Source: a virus. From it: DNA of 60,795 nt. The number at the start of each line of letters is the position of its first letter. Within the stretch, counting starts at the first letter, position 1. The stretch is from positions 1 to 60,795 of IMG/VR virus record IMGVR_UViG_3300012078_000002; one strand, 5' to 3'. The notes below the pieces were generated by a model. The model searched no databases and had not been told where the DNA came from. It worked only from the letters and a program-made list of their open reading frames with translations. This document shows, one piece after another, positions 50,715-59,929 of this stretch. The translations under genes were made by a program, and so were the position numbers.

Positions 50715-51341
50715 TTAATAATCAAATATATTCATCTGATCTTTGGCGACGCTCAATCTTTCGCTGGCCGCCTTATAATAATCCGGATCAAGCTCAAATC
50801 CGATGTAATCAAATCCCAGCTCCCTACAGGCCACTAAGCTGCTTGCGCTGCCGACATGCGTATCGAGAATCTTGTCACCCTTCTTGGCGTAGTTGTTTAA
50901 AATCCATTTATATAGTGCTACCGGCTTTTGCGTTGGGTGTATCCTGTCTTTCTGATTTGGATGTATTTTGCGTATTTTTGCATTTTCATCAAATGATGTC
51001 CATGCATATTCACATTCAGAAAAACTGCGACCATACATGCTTTCACCTTTGTCCCATATAAGAAAGCATCTTGTTGCTGATAATTCCGTAAAATAATTGC
51101 CACCCCATATTATTTGATTCTTACTCACACGAAAAAGCTCGTTGAAATATTTTTCGTCTGGCACATGCATGTCCCATGCCTTCGAAGTATCTATCTTTTT
51201 TATATCGCAATTACCCATTCGCATTTTAGTAACATCAATTCCGTAAGGTGGGTCAACTACTGCCAAATTGAAATATTTGTCCGGGAGCTGTTTCATTCCC
51301 TCCATGCAATCCATGTTCAGAAAACTGTTTAATTCAAACAT
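50715..51341 (-). CDS. DNA methyltransferase (N6-adenine/N4-cytosine, DPPY type)
   Basis: Motif IV VVDPPYG near the N-terminus and SAM motif ILDTHVGSASS near the C-terminus (beta-class order). Confidence 0.85.
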   Translation of the reverse strand: MFELNSFLNMDCMEGMKQLPDKYFNLAVVDPPYGIDVTKMRMGNCDIKKIDTSKAWDMHVPDEKYFNELFRVSKNQIIWGGNYFTELSATRCFLIWDKGESMYGRSFSECEYAWTSFDENAKIRKIHPNQKDRIHPTQKPVALYKWILNNYAKKGDKILDTHVGSASSLVACRELGFDYIGFELDPDYYKAASERLSVAKDQMNIFDY

Positions 51342-51385
51342 TTATTTCACTCCTATCCGCAGTCATGGGGATTTTCATCTATGTT

Positions 51386-52408
51386 TTACGTCTTTTCGCC
51401 CGGTGACCGGTATGGTTCCGGCAGTCTCATCCAGGCCAGCACCTCCTCGCAATATCCAGACCATATAGCCCTGTTTCCAAGGACTTCACTAAACCACCTG
51501 GTACATGTTTCAAAATAATGATCTCCACAATCGATGATATTCCTGCGATACTCCCACTGGGCATCATGAACGGGTGGATCATTTCTTCTGACAAAGCAGA
51601 TATATACTCCTGGTGCTTCCGGCAGCCGCTCTTTTGCTGGAATCCACCTGTGTATATCCCTTTCTGCCTCTAGCTCTGCAATTCTGCCTAGTAGGATATC
51701 TTCTGTCGTTTCACACGGGAAATCATCTATTGCATCACACTGAAAATACTCTGGCTCTTCCGGTTGCGATATCGCAACTGTCGCCTCGCCTACCATCTGG
51801 TCAATAGTCATGGTAAAGGCCGGTAATGCGCTAACTTTCTCCGGCAAACTGACCGGCTCCGGTGCACTATCTCCAAGCAAGTCATTAATTGACAACACTG
51901 GCGATACACTTTCGCCGTAATCTATTCCGTACCCATCCGGCAGGAATTGCGGAAATTCAGTTATGGTCATCTGGCCCGGCAGCTGTTCACCTTCTTGTTG
52001 TTTTCCCAGCTCCCTGATGTCCATCACCTGCATAGCTGGTTCTGTTCGTTCAAGTTGTTCATCCGTAAGATACAACATCTCCTGTAACTGGCTCTTTCCA
52101 AACCCTTGATACCGATCATCAGCAATCGGACTATTTCCATCCTTGGAAAACCGGTCATTGATAGCCATGTACCGGGATATCGTGGATTTGCTTAATCCAA
52201 ATTCCTCTCTGGCAAACTCTGCTAGGGTGACATATCCATCCTGGGTATATAGCTCGTTATCCCGAATATGTTTGAGATAGTACCCGATTGCTATAACGCT
52301 TCTCGCCACCGAAACAACGTTGGCCCGCAGGATGTTTTTTGTTTCTTCCAGGTCAAGGCCGTGATACCAGGGCTTTGTCTCCGCTGGAATTATTTTTAGT
52401 TCCTCCAT
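51386..52408 (-). CDS. HTH DNA-binding protein with C-terminal DUF551-like domain
   Basis: LAEFAREEFGLSKSTISRYMAI, and C-terminal WIPAKERLPEAPGVYICF...VLAWMRLPEPY. Confidence 0.55.
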   Translation of the reverse strand: MEELKIIPAETKPWYHGLDLEETKNILRANVVSVARSVIAIGYYLKHIRDNELYTQDGYVTLAEFAREEFGLSKSTISRYMAINDRFSKDGNSPIADDRYQGFGKSQLQEMLYLTDEQLERTEPAMQVMDIRELGKQQEGEQLPGQMTITEFPQFLPDGYGIDYGESVSPVLSINDLLGDSAPEPVSLPEKVSALPAFTMTIDQMVGEATVAISQPEEPEYFQCDAIDDFPCETTEDILLGRIAELEAERDIHRWIPAKERLPEAPGVYICFVRRNDPPVHDAQWEYRRNIIDCGDHYFETCTRWFSEVLGNRAIWSGYCEEVLAWMRLPEPYRSPGEKT

Positions 52409-52625
52409 TTGCCTCCCTCCGTTTTCGTTCTTGTTCGTCGATCAAGGCCGTTATTAGGTTTCTTGTGAAATCACTTTGGTATTTGTGATGAAGTTTTTCA
52501 GCCGTTTGTATCATCTCGTCCCAATATTCGTCCGCTTCTTCCAGTCCCCAAAATTTCTGTACAAAATTCCAGTAGTCCCGGAAGAAAAAAAACATTTCAG
52601 ATCCCTTCGGAAATTCAACTTTCAT
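52353..52625 (-). CDS. hypothetical protein (90 aa)
   Basis: ORF track. AAGGGGGA upstream. Overlaps the next gene by 56 nt. Confidence 0.5.
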   Translation of the reverse strand: MKVEFPKGSEMFFFFRDYWNFVQKFWGLEEADEYWDEMIQTAEKLHHKYQSDFTRNLITALIDEQERKRREANGGTKNNSSGDKALVSRP

Positions 52626-52636
52626 GACATTCCCCC

Positions 52637-53923
52637 TTAATCAAACGGCGTAGGTTCTCGGGCTGGGGAAAACTCTTCTTCCTTCACTGGTTCCCCGGTT
52701 TCTTCAAACCGCATAACCGAACCGTTAAAGCGCATAGCCACTTTGCCGGTCTCGCCCTGCCGCTGCTTCTCAATCTTGATTGCTTTCTTGCCCCCGTCCG
52801 TCTTGCTTGTATTCCACATCAGCAATATATTACTGGCATCCTGCTCAATGTCCCCTGATTCCCTCAACTCTGCCATAGTCGGCTCCTTGGTCTCTCTTGC
52901 CTCGCTCTGGCGGTTCAACTGTGACAGCACAACAATAGGCGTGTTGATCTCCATTGCCAGCCCCTTCATGGCCCTAGAGATAGCGCCCACTTCGGCGGCC
53001 CGGTTCGGGTACCACGTATCTGATCTAAGCAGCTGTAAATAATCAATGACGATTACTTCAAAGTCGTTGTGTCGGCATTCGTTCCTGATCTCTGATATCT
53101 TTTTTGGGCCGCTGCTGATCCAGACGTTAAACCCTGTTAGGACTTTGTTTGCTCGGCTCACCCTTTCCTGTTCGTCGTTCAGGTAGTTTTTTGCCCGTCG
53201 AATCCGTTTCAAGCCTATCCCTGTCTGGCTGGAAAGCATACGCTCATAGACCTGCTTGTCCATCATCTCAAGGTTATAAAAAGCTACCTTCTTGCCCGAC
53301 AGGGCAATGCTGGCTATTACCTGTGTCACAAAAGCTGATTTTCCTACCGCCGGTCTTGCGCCGATTACTGTGATATCTCCCCCCTCAAGGCTGCCTATCA
53401 TATCATCAAGCCGGGGAAATCCGAATTTCACTCCGGTTTCTGGCAGATCAACAAAACACTTGTCCTTGTTTTCCTTGACGATCTGTGCCATCGGCTTGAG
53501 GTTGTTCTTTTCGCATCTTACCAAAGCTTCCAGGTCATTCAGCAAGGCCCCTATGGTCCCGTCAATACTACTTGGCACAATCTGCACGGAATTGATAATG
53601 CGTGACAGCATCTTGGCCTTGTGGTTATTAATCAACACATCAGCCGATCCCCGTATGGTTGCAGACGTAACGGTATTTTCCACGCATCCCTTGATGGTCC
53701 GAAACGTCGTATCGCTGTTATATCCAGACTCTCCCAGCCACTGGCAGAGATTAACCAAGCTCACCGGTTCGCCCATGTCGTAAGCCTTGATTATTTCAAA
53801 ATACGCTCTGGACAAGAGGTCGGTCTCAAACATTTCCGGTTTCAGATCGTCGTATATACCCTGCACGGTATTGATGTCCATCAGCAACGCCCCGATGATG
53901 GATTGTTCCGCCATTAGGCTCAT
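52637..53923 (-). CDS. dnaB: replicative DNA helicase (DnaB family)
   Basis: AEQSIIGALLMD N-terminus and Walker A GARPAVGKSAF. Start moved to MSLMAEQ (ATGA overlap with the upstream stop). Confidence 0.92.
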   Translation of the reverse strand: MSLMAEQSIIGALLMDINTVQGIYDDLKPEMFETDLLSRAYFEIIKAYDMGEPVSLVNLCQWLGESGYNSDTTFRTIKGCVENTVTSATIRGSADVLINNHKAKMLSRIINSVQIVPSSIDGTIGALLNDLEALVRCEKNNLKPMAQIVKENKDKCFVDLPETGVKFGFPRLDDMIGSLEGGDITVIGARPAVGKSAFVTQVIASIALSGKKVAFYNLEMMDKQVYERMLSSQTGIGLKRIRRAKNYLNDEQERVSRANKVLTGFNVWISSGPKKISEIRNECRHNDFEVIVIDYLQLLRSDTWYPNRAAEVGAISRAMKGLAMEINTPIVVLSQLNRQSEARETKEPTMAELRESGDIEQDASNILLMWNTSKTDGGKKAIKIEKQRQGETGKVAMRFNGSVMRFEETGEPVKEEEFSPAREPTPFD

Positions 53924-54672
53924 GTCTCGTCCTCCTGTACATAGTCCAATATTGATTTGTTTAAAAGGGTGTCGAAGTTTTTGTAAAATTCCAAGTCTTT
54001 CCCACCTGCCTCCTGTTCTCGTACATAGGCCCTTACGGCGATGTACATCTGACGGTTGGTCAGTTTGATTGTGCGGCCATTGATCTTCCGGCCCTTCAAC
54101 CATCCAAGGTAATGTTCGTAAGCTTTGGCTCTGCCTTTCTTCCTGGGGTATATCGCATATATGGTGGCGAAATCTTCTTCCCGCGTATCTGGTTTTTCGG
54201 ATTCAGAGTTTACTTGTTCGACGCCCGGCGAACAAAAGAGTTTTTTATTATCTTCTTTACATTCTTTCTTTCTAACATTCTTGTTAGTGTTCACTTGTTG
54301 TTCACTCGTTGTTCGCTCGTTGTTCACTTGTTGTTCAATTTGTTGTTCACTGCTTTGGTATTTACCCCAATTCGTCAAGGATATAAGCCGATTTTTGGTG
54401 CAAGTTTGTTGTTCAATCTGTTGTTCGATTTCGAACCGTTTCAGTACGCGTTGCACTTTGCTTTCGTTGATCAACAATTCAGCTGATATTGACTTCCTGC
54501 CGGTTATCAGCTGCCCCGGTTGCAGCTTTATCCTTGTTCCGTCAAATATCACATCTTGCTCGGCGTGGGTTGCATTAAGGAGTAAGTATATCCATATCGC
54601 TATGTGATCGGCATCCTTGCAAACTACCGGATTATTAAGCATTTGGCGGTGAATCTTTACGTATCCCTCCAT
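53920..54672 (-). CDS. replisome organiser / DnaD-like replication initiator
   Basis: N-terminal winged-helix-like YVKIHRQMLNNPVV...LITGRKSISAELLINESKVQRVLKRFE. Lies directly upstream of dnaB and contains the iteron array. Confidence 0.7.
   Translation of the reverse strand: MEGYVKIHRQMLNNPVVCKDADHIAIWIYLLLNATHAEQDVIFDGTRIKLQPGQLITGRKSISAELLINESKVQRVLKRFEIEQQIEQQTCTKNRLISLTNWGKYQSSEQQIEQQVNNERTTSEQQVNTNKNVRKKECKEDNKKLFCSPGVEQVNSESEKPDTREEDFATIYAIYPRKKGRAKAYEHYLGWLKGRKINGRTIKLTNRQMYIAVRAYVREQEAGGKDLEFYKNFDTLLNKSILDYVQEDET
54297..54428. repeat. iteron-like 9-mers GTTGTTC(A/G)(C/A), 7 copies (candidate origin)
   Basis: Copies start at 54297, 54308, 54319, 54330 and 54342 (11-12 bp phasing) and at 54408 and 54420, all inside the organiser gene. 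Confidence 0.6.
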
Positions 54673-54827
54673 ATTACCGCCTACCTTTTTTCAAGATTTG
54701 TTTCAGGCTCCTTTGGCTTGCCGGACAGATTCCTCTTTCCGGCGGCTCCCTTCTTTTTGCTGTTCAAAGGCCCTCCTTTCCCCCCACCGCCCAATCAGAA
54801 CAGTGGGGGCTTGTATCCGTATATTGA

Positions 54828-55565
54828 TTATCCAATAATTGTAATTCGGCGGTCAAAATCATTACTCGCGAGTGCTTCGGCAAAAAATTCCTTAATAAAG
54901 CTAATTGCTTCATTTTTCCAAATGCCGCCTTCGGCTTCGATCAGCTTAAACGCTGGCGATCCCTTATCGCTAATTCGAAACACGAAACAGCTTTCCGGCT
55001 GCCTGATCTCCTGAAATGTACGATACGGGATTAAGCAGACCGGGTTAGGTACTACCGCATCAACCTTCTGGGCGATCCCCTGGGTGATAGTCACTTTCTG
55101 GGTTACGCCGTTATCACCATAATTTGCAGCCGATTTGGCCTCTACATTGCCGGCCACCTGCATAAGTATTTCAAGATCATCATTTTTTACAAAATTGGCT
55201 TGCAACTCGATAATGAATCTTTCTTGATCGTAATCCCTGTCAAACTTAAATTCTGACGTTTCGGCAAAGGATTCGAACAGCACTTCTCTGCCCCTCTCCG
55301 CGTCCAGTACGGACATTAAGCGAACTTTTGTCGGGCTGACAATGTGAATGATCATATCGTCCGTAAATTCGCCGCTACAGGCCTTGATATAGTCCACCAT
55401 GGAAGTCAGGGTTGAGGCCGAAATCGGGTTGGCTCTCTGCGGATCGTCGTACCTGGTTAACTTTCTGTCTGCGTAGGTCTTACCGCAAATTTCAATTACT
55501 TCGGTTGATTCTGCCGCATTGGACAGGTCCGCTACATACTGTAATGCATCTTTCAAATCGTTCAT
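54828..55565 (-). CDS. hypothetical protein (245 aa)
   Basis: ORF track. AAAGGAGAA upstream. Confidence 0.7.
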   Translation of the reverse strand: MNDLKDALQYVADLSNAAESTEVIEICGKTYADRKLTRYDDPQRANPISASTLTSMVDYIKACSGEFTDDMIIHIVSPTKVRLMSVLDAERGREVLFESFAETSEFKFDRDYDQERFIIELQANFVKNDDLEILMQVAGNVEAKSAANYGDNGVTQKVTITQGIAQKVDAVVPNPVCLIPYRTFQEIRQPESCFVFRISDKGSPAFKLIEAEGGIWKNEAISFIKEFFAEALASNDFDRRITIIG

Positions 55566-55578
55566 ATTTTTTCTCCTT

Positions 55579-56001
55579 TTATGCTCTTTGTCTCAGGTCA
55601 ACAACTTCGTGTTGCTCCTGTGTTTCAATTATTTCGCCCGTCTCCGGATCAAATGCCTGATCTCGCTGCGGCGTTGCCGGGGTTCTCCCGGCGGCCACGA
55701 CAACCCGTCCTTCTGGGTTTCCGTATTCACTCATTTCAATTCTTCCGGTCTGTAAGTCTTGACCGACTAACAATGTTGTTTTGGCGGCATGCAGCGGTGC
55801 CAATGAGGTCTTAACCTCGCCAGATGTACTAACAACCCGGCGTGCATCGTCTGGTTTGAATGTAAATGTGATAGTCATCTTCCTGGCCTTTTCTGCATCT
55901 GTATTTGGATTCATGATGTTCTGGCCAACCTGGGCCAGTGCCATCGACACCTTTTCGGCTAACTCGCCGCCGCATAAACTGTCTAAACTAATTCTTCCCA
56001 C
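55579..56001 (-). CDS. hypothetical protein (140 aa, GTG start)
   Basis: AAAGGAGG, 7 nt, then GTG. (V)GRISLDSLCGGELAEKV...MTITFTFKPDD. Confidence 0.6.
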   Translation of the reverse strand: MGRISLDSLCGGELAEKVSMALAQVGQNIMNPNTDAEKARKMTITFTFKPDDARRVVSTSGEVKTSLAPLHAAKTTLLVGQDLQTGRIEMSEYGNPEGRVVVAAGRTPATPQRDQAFDPETGEIIETQEQHEVVDLRQRA

Positions 56002-56411
56002 CCGTCTACCTCCTTTCATTTTGATTGTCTATTAACCCCCGTCTGGAGGCCCTCTTGATCTCCCTACGTCCCGCGCTCCTTTCCCCGCCTCCGGCATTCG
56101 GTCAGAGGCGGCAGTACCCACAGCTGTGAAGTCGTGACACAACATAGCCGAACAAATACCTTTAGCATGCCAGTACTGCCGTGTGCAGCTTCGCAATTGA
56201 TATGCCCTTTAACGGCCCTGACTGCCGTCCACTTCTGGTAGTGGCGTACCCGTTGCTTTCTCGGCGCGTTGTCTGCTCACCCTCTTTTTTATTGCCTATC
56301 TGGTTTTTGCTCCAGAGTTTGTTTTTACAAGGTTTTTAGTCATCCTTGCCCCGTAATGCCAGTTAGGCCAGCAATATAAAACGCTTCTTCTTTTCCATGC
56401 AATTCCCTTTC
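56002..56411 (-). other. GC-rich structured region with no long ORF (candidate ncRNA or DNA element)
   Basis: No ORF of 60 aa or more lies within this region; three track ORFs only clip its edges. 9-bp long-range stem at 56109..56117 / 56173..56181. 7-bp hairpin at 56085..56111 sharing CGG with it. Perfect palindrome CACAGCTGTG at 56119..56128. Confidence 0.5.
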
Positions 56412-56696
56412 TCAATCCAAGTACGATTTGCCAAACTCTTGCCGGAAGTCTTCACGGCTCCCACAGTGTGCTTCAAAATGCTCCTGCGCTATGATCTTTA
56501 AAAACAGGTCCGTTCCCTTATTGCGGTGAACAGAAGCACTACTCTCGGTATGGTGATTGTGACACAACCACACCTTAAGGCCGTGCTTTTCGGACTTTTT
56601 CCGGTTAGCTGTGCCGAAAAAGATATGATGACTTTCCAGTTTGCAAACCGTACCACATACATAGCATTGCTTTTCATTCTGCAAAACGCTTTTCAT
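56412..56696 (-). CDS. HNH-type nuclease-like protein
   Basis: CYVCG...ESHHIFFGTANRKKSEKHGLKVWLCHNHH. Confidence 0.65.
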   Translation of the reverse strand: MKSVLQNEKQCYVCGTVCKLESHHIFFGTANRKKSEKHGLKVWLCHNHHTESSASVHRNKGTDLFLKIIAQEHFEAHCGSREDFRQEFGKSYLD

Positions 56697-57073
56697 ATTT
56701 CAACCTCCCGGATAATAATCTCAATCCGGGGATTACCAGGATCGCAATGAAAATTATCCGTAAATCCTACAATATGTTTCCATCCGTCCCCCTGCAGCGT
56801 TCCACACTTCACAAGTGCGTCTTGAATCACCTTGCGGCCAAAACTGGAAATATTATCAAGGTCTCTTTTTCTGTCTTTTTCGAACCAGTTATAAATGATT
56901 CTTACGGGCCTAGATATATGTAACCGTCTCAATTGTTGCCGGATGGCCCACTGTACTACTTCTTGGTTTTGGGCTTTCATTTTCCCGCCTTTGCGGGGGC
57001 TGGTTCGGTTGGCTGCTGTGTATTCATTCAGACCATCCAAACGCCCTTGGATAACAAATTTGTATTCCATCAC
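56693..57073 (-). CDS. rusA: RusA-family Holliday junction resolvase
   Basis: Size, RKRDLDNISSFGRKVIQDALVKCGTLQGDGW, and 4-nt overlaps with its neighbours. Confidence 0.8.
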   Translation of the reverse strand: MMEYKFVIQGRLDGLNEYTAANRTSPRKGGKMKAQNQEVVQWAIRQQLRRLHISRPVRIIYNWFEKDRKRDLDNISSFGRKVIQDALVKCGTLQGDGWKHIVGFTDNFHCDPGNPRIEIIIREVEI

Positions 57074-57867
57074 AAATCCCCCATTAATTCAGAAAAATGA
57101 ATCGCTTTGGTGAGTACTTTTGTGTGCTTACAATAATCACACACCTCACAGCGGATTGGTTCATAGTCGCCATTTTTCAATGCAAAAATTTTCGCTACAT
57201 TACTTTCGACCTCAATCAGTTTTTCTTTCAGGTGAAGATCATCAATGAAAATAACGTTGATGTCCGGTTCCTTTTCTTTACTGGCCGCAGCTATAAAAAA
57301 CGGAAGTTTCTCGCCGGTGTTTTGTCTGACAATCTCCTGATATACAGCCCCTTGGATGTCATAACCCCAATACTGGACAAAATCCATATATCCGGTATCG
57401 CGAACCCAGAATGTGTCCTTAATAGCTTTCATCACTTTGAGATCAACAATCGCTTGACCGGGCAAATAACTGTCAATTTTGATTTTTACCTTTGCGCCAG
57501 CTATTTCGCCGGTCATAATAACTTGTTTTTGCCCAGACAGATATTGCATCATGTACGCATCTCTTTCGATCCTACATATAACATTTTCGGCATTCCTGTA
57601 GTCTGCTTTTAGATCGCCGCTTTTGGTGAATATCTCTGAATTAGACGCCTTGAAAAGTCCTAATGATTCCTCAAAGTGGGCATCTACGTAGGAACCAACC
57701 AGCAAGGCGGTAGTCTTATCTGTTATCCATTCTCCCGACAGTTTCGCGAGTGCTTGGGCTTCGCACGGGACTTTTCCCAAACTACCGCAGAAGTCCTTGT
57801 ACTGGCTAACAGACAGGTATTCCTGATTAGCTTCTTTACTGTGGTAATTCTCTACACTTAGGATCAT
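57070..57867 (-). CDS. PD-(D/E)XK (RecB/Cas4-like) exonuclease
   Basis: IVDLKVMK (D-x-K), QYWGYDIQGAVY (QxxxY) and the C-terminal Cys cluster CEVCDYC. Partner of RecT. Confidence 0.75.
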   Translation of the reverse strand: MILSVENYHSKEANQEYLSVSQYKDFCGSLGKVPCEAQALAKLSGEWITDKTTALLVGSYVDAHFEESLGLFKASNSEIFTKSGDLKADYRNAENVICRIERDAYMMQYLSGQKQVIMTGEIAGAKVKIKIDSYLPGQAIVDLKVMKAIKDTFWVRDTGYMDFVQYWGYDIQGAVYQEIVRQNTGEKLPFFIAAASKEKEPDINVIFIDDLHLKEKLIEVESNVAKIFALKNGDYEPIRCEVCDYCKHTKVLTKAIHFSELMGDL

Positions 57868-58490
57868 ACGACTACCTCCGTTATAGCGGGAAATACATCC
57901 GGAATATCATAGAATGTCTTTTCCTTGAACGCGTCTTCGGCCTCGCCCTCTACGTATACGCCCATTAGGGCATTGGGCAAGTAAGCCCTTGCGAAAAATG
58001 CAGCTGCGCGATAAATCAACATTTGTTCGGGCATCGTCTTCCACTTACTGCCGTCTTTATTTATCCAGCCTTCCTTTTCCGCCATTTCCATAGTGACGGT
58101 TGTCCCTTTTACGATTTCCCCGGTGTCTTTATATTCTGCCTCAACGAAACATCCTCGGTCAGCGTCCCCCTCTTTGCCCACATGCCTGATTCTCGCGTTT
58201 TTAAACTGTCTGGCGGCATAAATCATGCTCATGCAAGCCTGTCCGCTCCAAGTTGGTTTTCCCTTCACAATATATAAATTTTGCATTACCATCATCGGAC
58301 TCACCTGCATTCGGTTCGCCATGTCAACCGCAATCGCACAATCCATCGGCTTGCCTCTATAGCTGCTTGGTACGATGTCAGACACCGCGAACATTTTCCC
58401 TATATCATATAATTCCTGAAAAGCGGCTGAGTTCGCGAACGGGTTTGTAACCTCGTATTTTTGATCTTGAATAATGATCTCGTTATCCAT
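57864..58490 (-). CDS. recT: RecT-family single-strand annealing protein
   Basis: MFAVSDIVPSSYRGKPMDCAIAVDMANRMQVSPMMVMQNLYIVKGKPTWS is a typical RecT core. Confidence 0.85.
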   Translation of the reverse strand: MDNEIIIQDQKYEVTNPFANSAAFQELYDIGKMFAVSDIVPSSYRGKPMDCAIAVDMANRMQVSPMMVMQNLYIVKGKPTWSGQACMSMIYAARQFKNARIRHVGKEGDADRGCFVEAEYKDTGEIVKGTTVTMEMAEKEGWINKDGSKWKTMPEQMLIYRAAAFFARAYLPNALMGVYVEGEAEDAFKEKTFYDIPDVFPAITEVVV

Positions 58491-58498
58491 GTGCCCTC

Positions 58499-59929
58499 CT
58501 ATAATTCCACTACCAGTAAATCGTCGTCATCGGTTGTCCGTGTTGCGATAAACTGTAAGCCTTTGTCTTTGCATTTTTGGTATAACTCTGTTCTCAATTT
58601 AGTCGACAGCTTTTCCACGCCATCAATCAAAATGATTTGCAATCCATTAGGTTTCTGAATTGCCACATCGATGCAAAGGTCTAACTTTTCTCCATCCGAC
58701 AGGTTGCTGATCGGCAAGCCACGAATCAGTGGTATCCCGTCTTTTACCGTAAGCCCTTCGATAGGGATTTTTGCGGTCTGTAAAATTTCACCCGGCAAAG
58801 CCCTGGCCTTTTCAATCTTTTCGGTCAGCATACGTTCTTCTTCTATCAATTCATCCACCTTCTCCTGCATATTAAGCATGCGGCGGTGTTCGTTTAAATG
58901 TTTCTTCATTTCCTCAACATATACCGCTTCTTCCATAAGGCTGCTTGTCTCTTGTGGCTCTTTCTCTGCGCATAACCGGTATTCATCTACTACCGCGTCA
59001 TAGGTGGCGATATCCGCCCGGTACTTCTCTTCTACCAGATCGGTTTTGCTTTGCTTTTTGCTTGACAGTCCGGAAAGCTCTTTCCGGCAGGAATTGATCT
59101 GTTCTTCAAGAGAAGCAATTTTTTCCTTCAAATCAGATTCTTGGCGCATACACTCTCTTTCCAATGCTGCCAGTGCAATTTCTCTTTCCGCGTCATAGGC
59201 ACGCACCTTGTTATTGCGCTCATTAACTAAGGATTTGGCCTTTTGAATTGTTTCGTTTTCTTTTCGGATCCGCTCGATCCGTTGATACAACTCTGACAAA
59301 TCCGCTTTCTCCCATCGCTCTGCCTGATAGCCAGTCGGGATTGTAGCCGCTATTTCTTCGATAAAAGCCCTCTTGTTTCGTTTTTCCAAGGCAATATCAT
59401 GGCGCTGCTGGAAATATTCCCCTTTTTCAGATTGGATATCATTAAGAACCGAAAGAATGTTTTGATCGTAAGATACCCAGCTGGGGATTTCACCAAACCA
59501 TTCCTTGATCGTCTGCACGGTCCAGGGATACTCAACCATATCCAAAATAATGGCGTTTTGCTGCTTTTTGTCCATGCTCATAAATTCAAATGGAGAAAGC
59601 TGTAAGGGGCTGAATATATCCCTCAGAAACGATTCCGGACTACCGACCTCATACCCATCCTTTTTCACGCTTTTATAATCTGCCTGCGTGGTTCTGGCTT
59701 TCCGGTTGATCCGCATGTTATTATCTGTTTCGATCAAAATTTCGCCCTCGGTCTCTCCTTTCCGTACTATGTATTCCCGGTCTGACTTGTTTGTCAGAGC
59801 GTAGCGGATCGCGTCAATAACAGAAGTTTTTCCAGCCCCATTTAAGCCGGATAATTCCAGGCTTTTCCCGTCCGCTTCAAATTCTTTGATACCAAAAAGA
59901 TTTTTGATTTTGATTTTTGTTAGTCGCAC
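58499..59929 (-). CDS. SMC/RecF/SbcC-like AAA ATPase
   Basis: Walker A GLNGAGKTS, a long coiled-coil, signature LSDGEK, and Walker B IILIDGVE. Start moved to the GTG (VRLTKIKIKNLFGI) behind AAGGGAG. Confidence 0.85.
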   Translation of the reverse strand: MRLTKIKIKNLFGIKEFEADGKSLELSGLNGAGKTSVIDAIRYALTNKSDREYIVRKGETEGEILIETDNNMRINRKARTTQADYKSVKKDGYEVGSPESFLRDIFSPLQLSPFEFMSMDKKQQNAIILDMVEYPWTVQTIKEWFGEIPSWVSYDQNILSVLNDIQSEKGEYFQQRHDIALEKRNKRAFIEEIAATIPTGYQAERWEKADLSELYQRIERIRKENETIQKAKSLVNERNNKVRAYDAEREIALAALERECMRQESDLKEKIASLEEQINSCRKELSGLSSKKQSKTDLVEEKYRADIATYDAVVDEYRLCAEKEPQETSSLMEEAVYVEEMKKHLNEHRRMLNMQEKVDELIEEERMLTEKIEKARALPGEILQTAKIPIEGLTVKDGIPLIRGLPISNLSDGEKLDLCIDVAIQKPNGLQIILIDGVEKLSTKLRTELYQKCKDKGLQFIATRTTDDDDLLVVEL

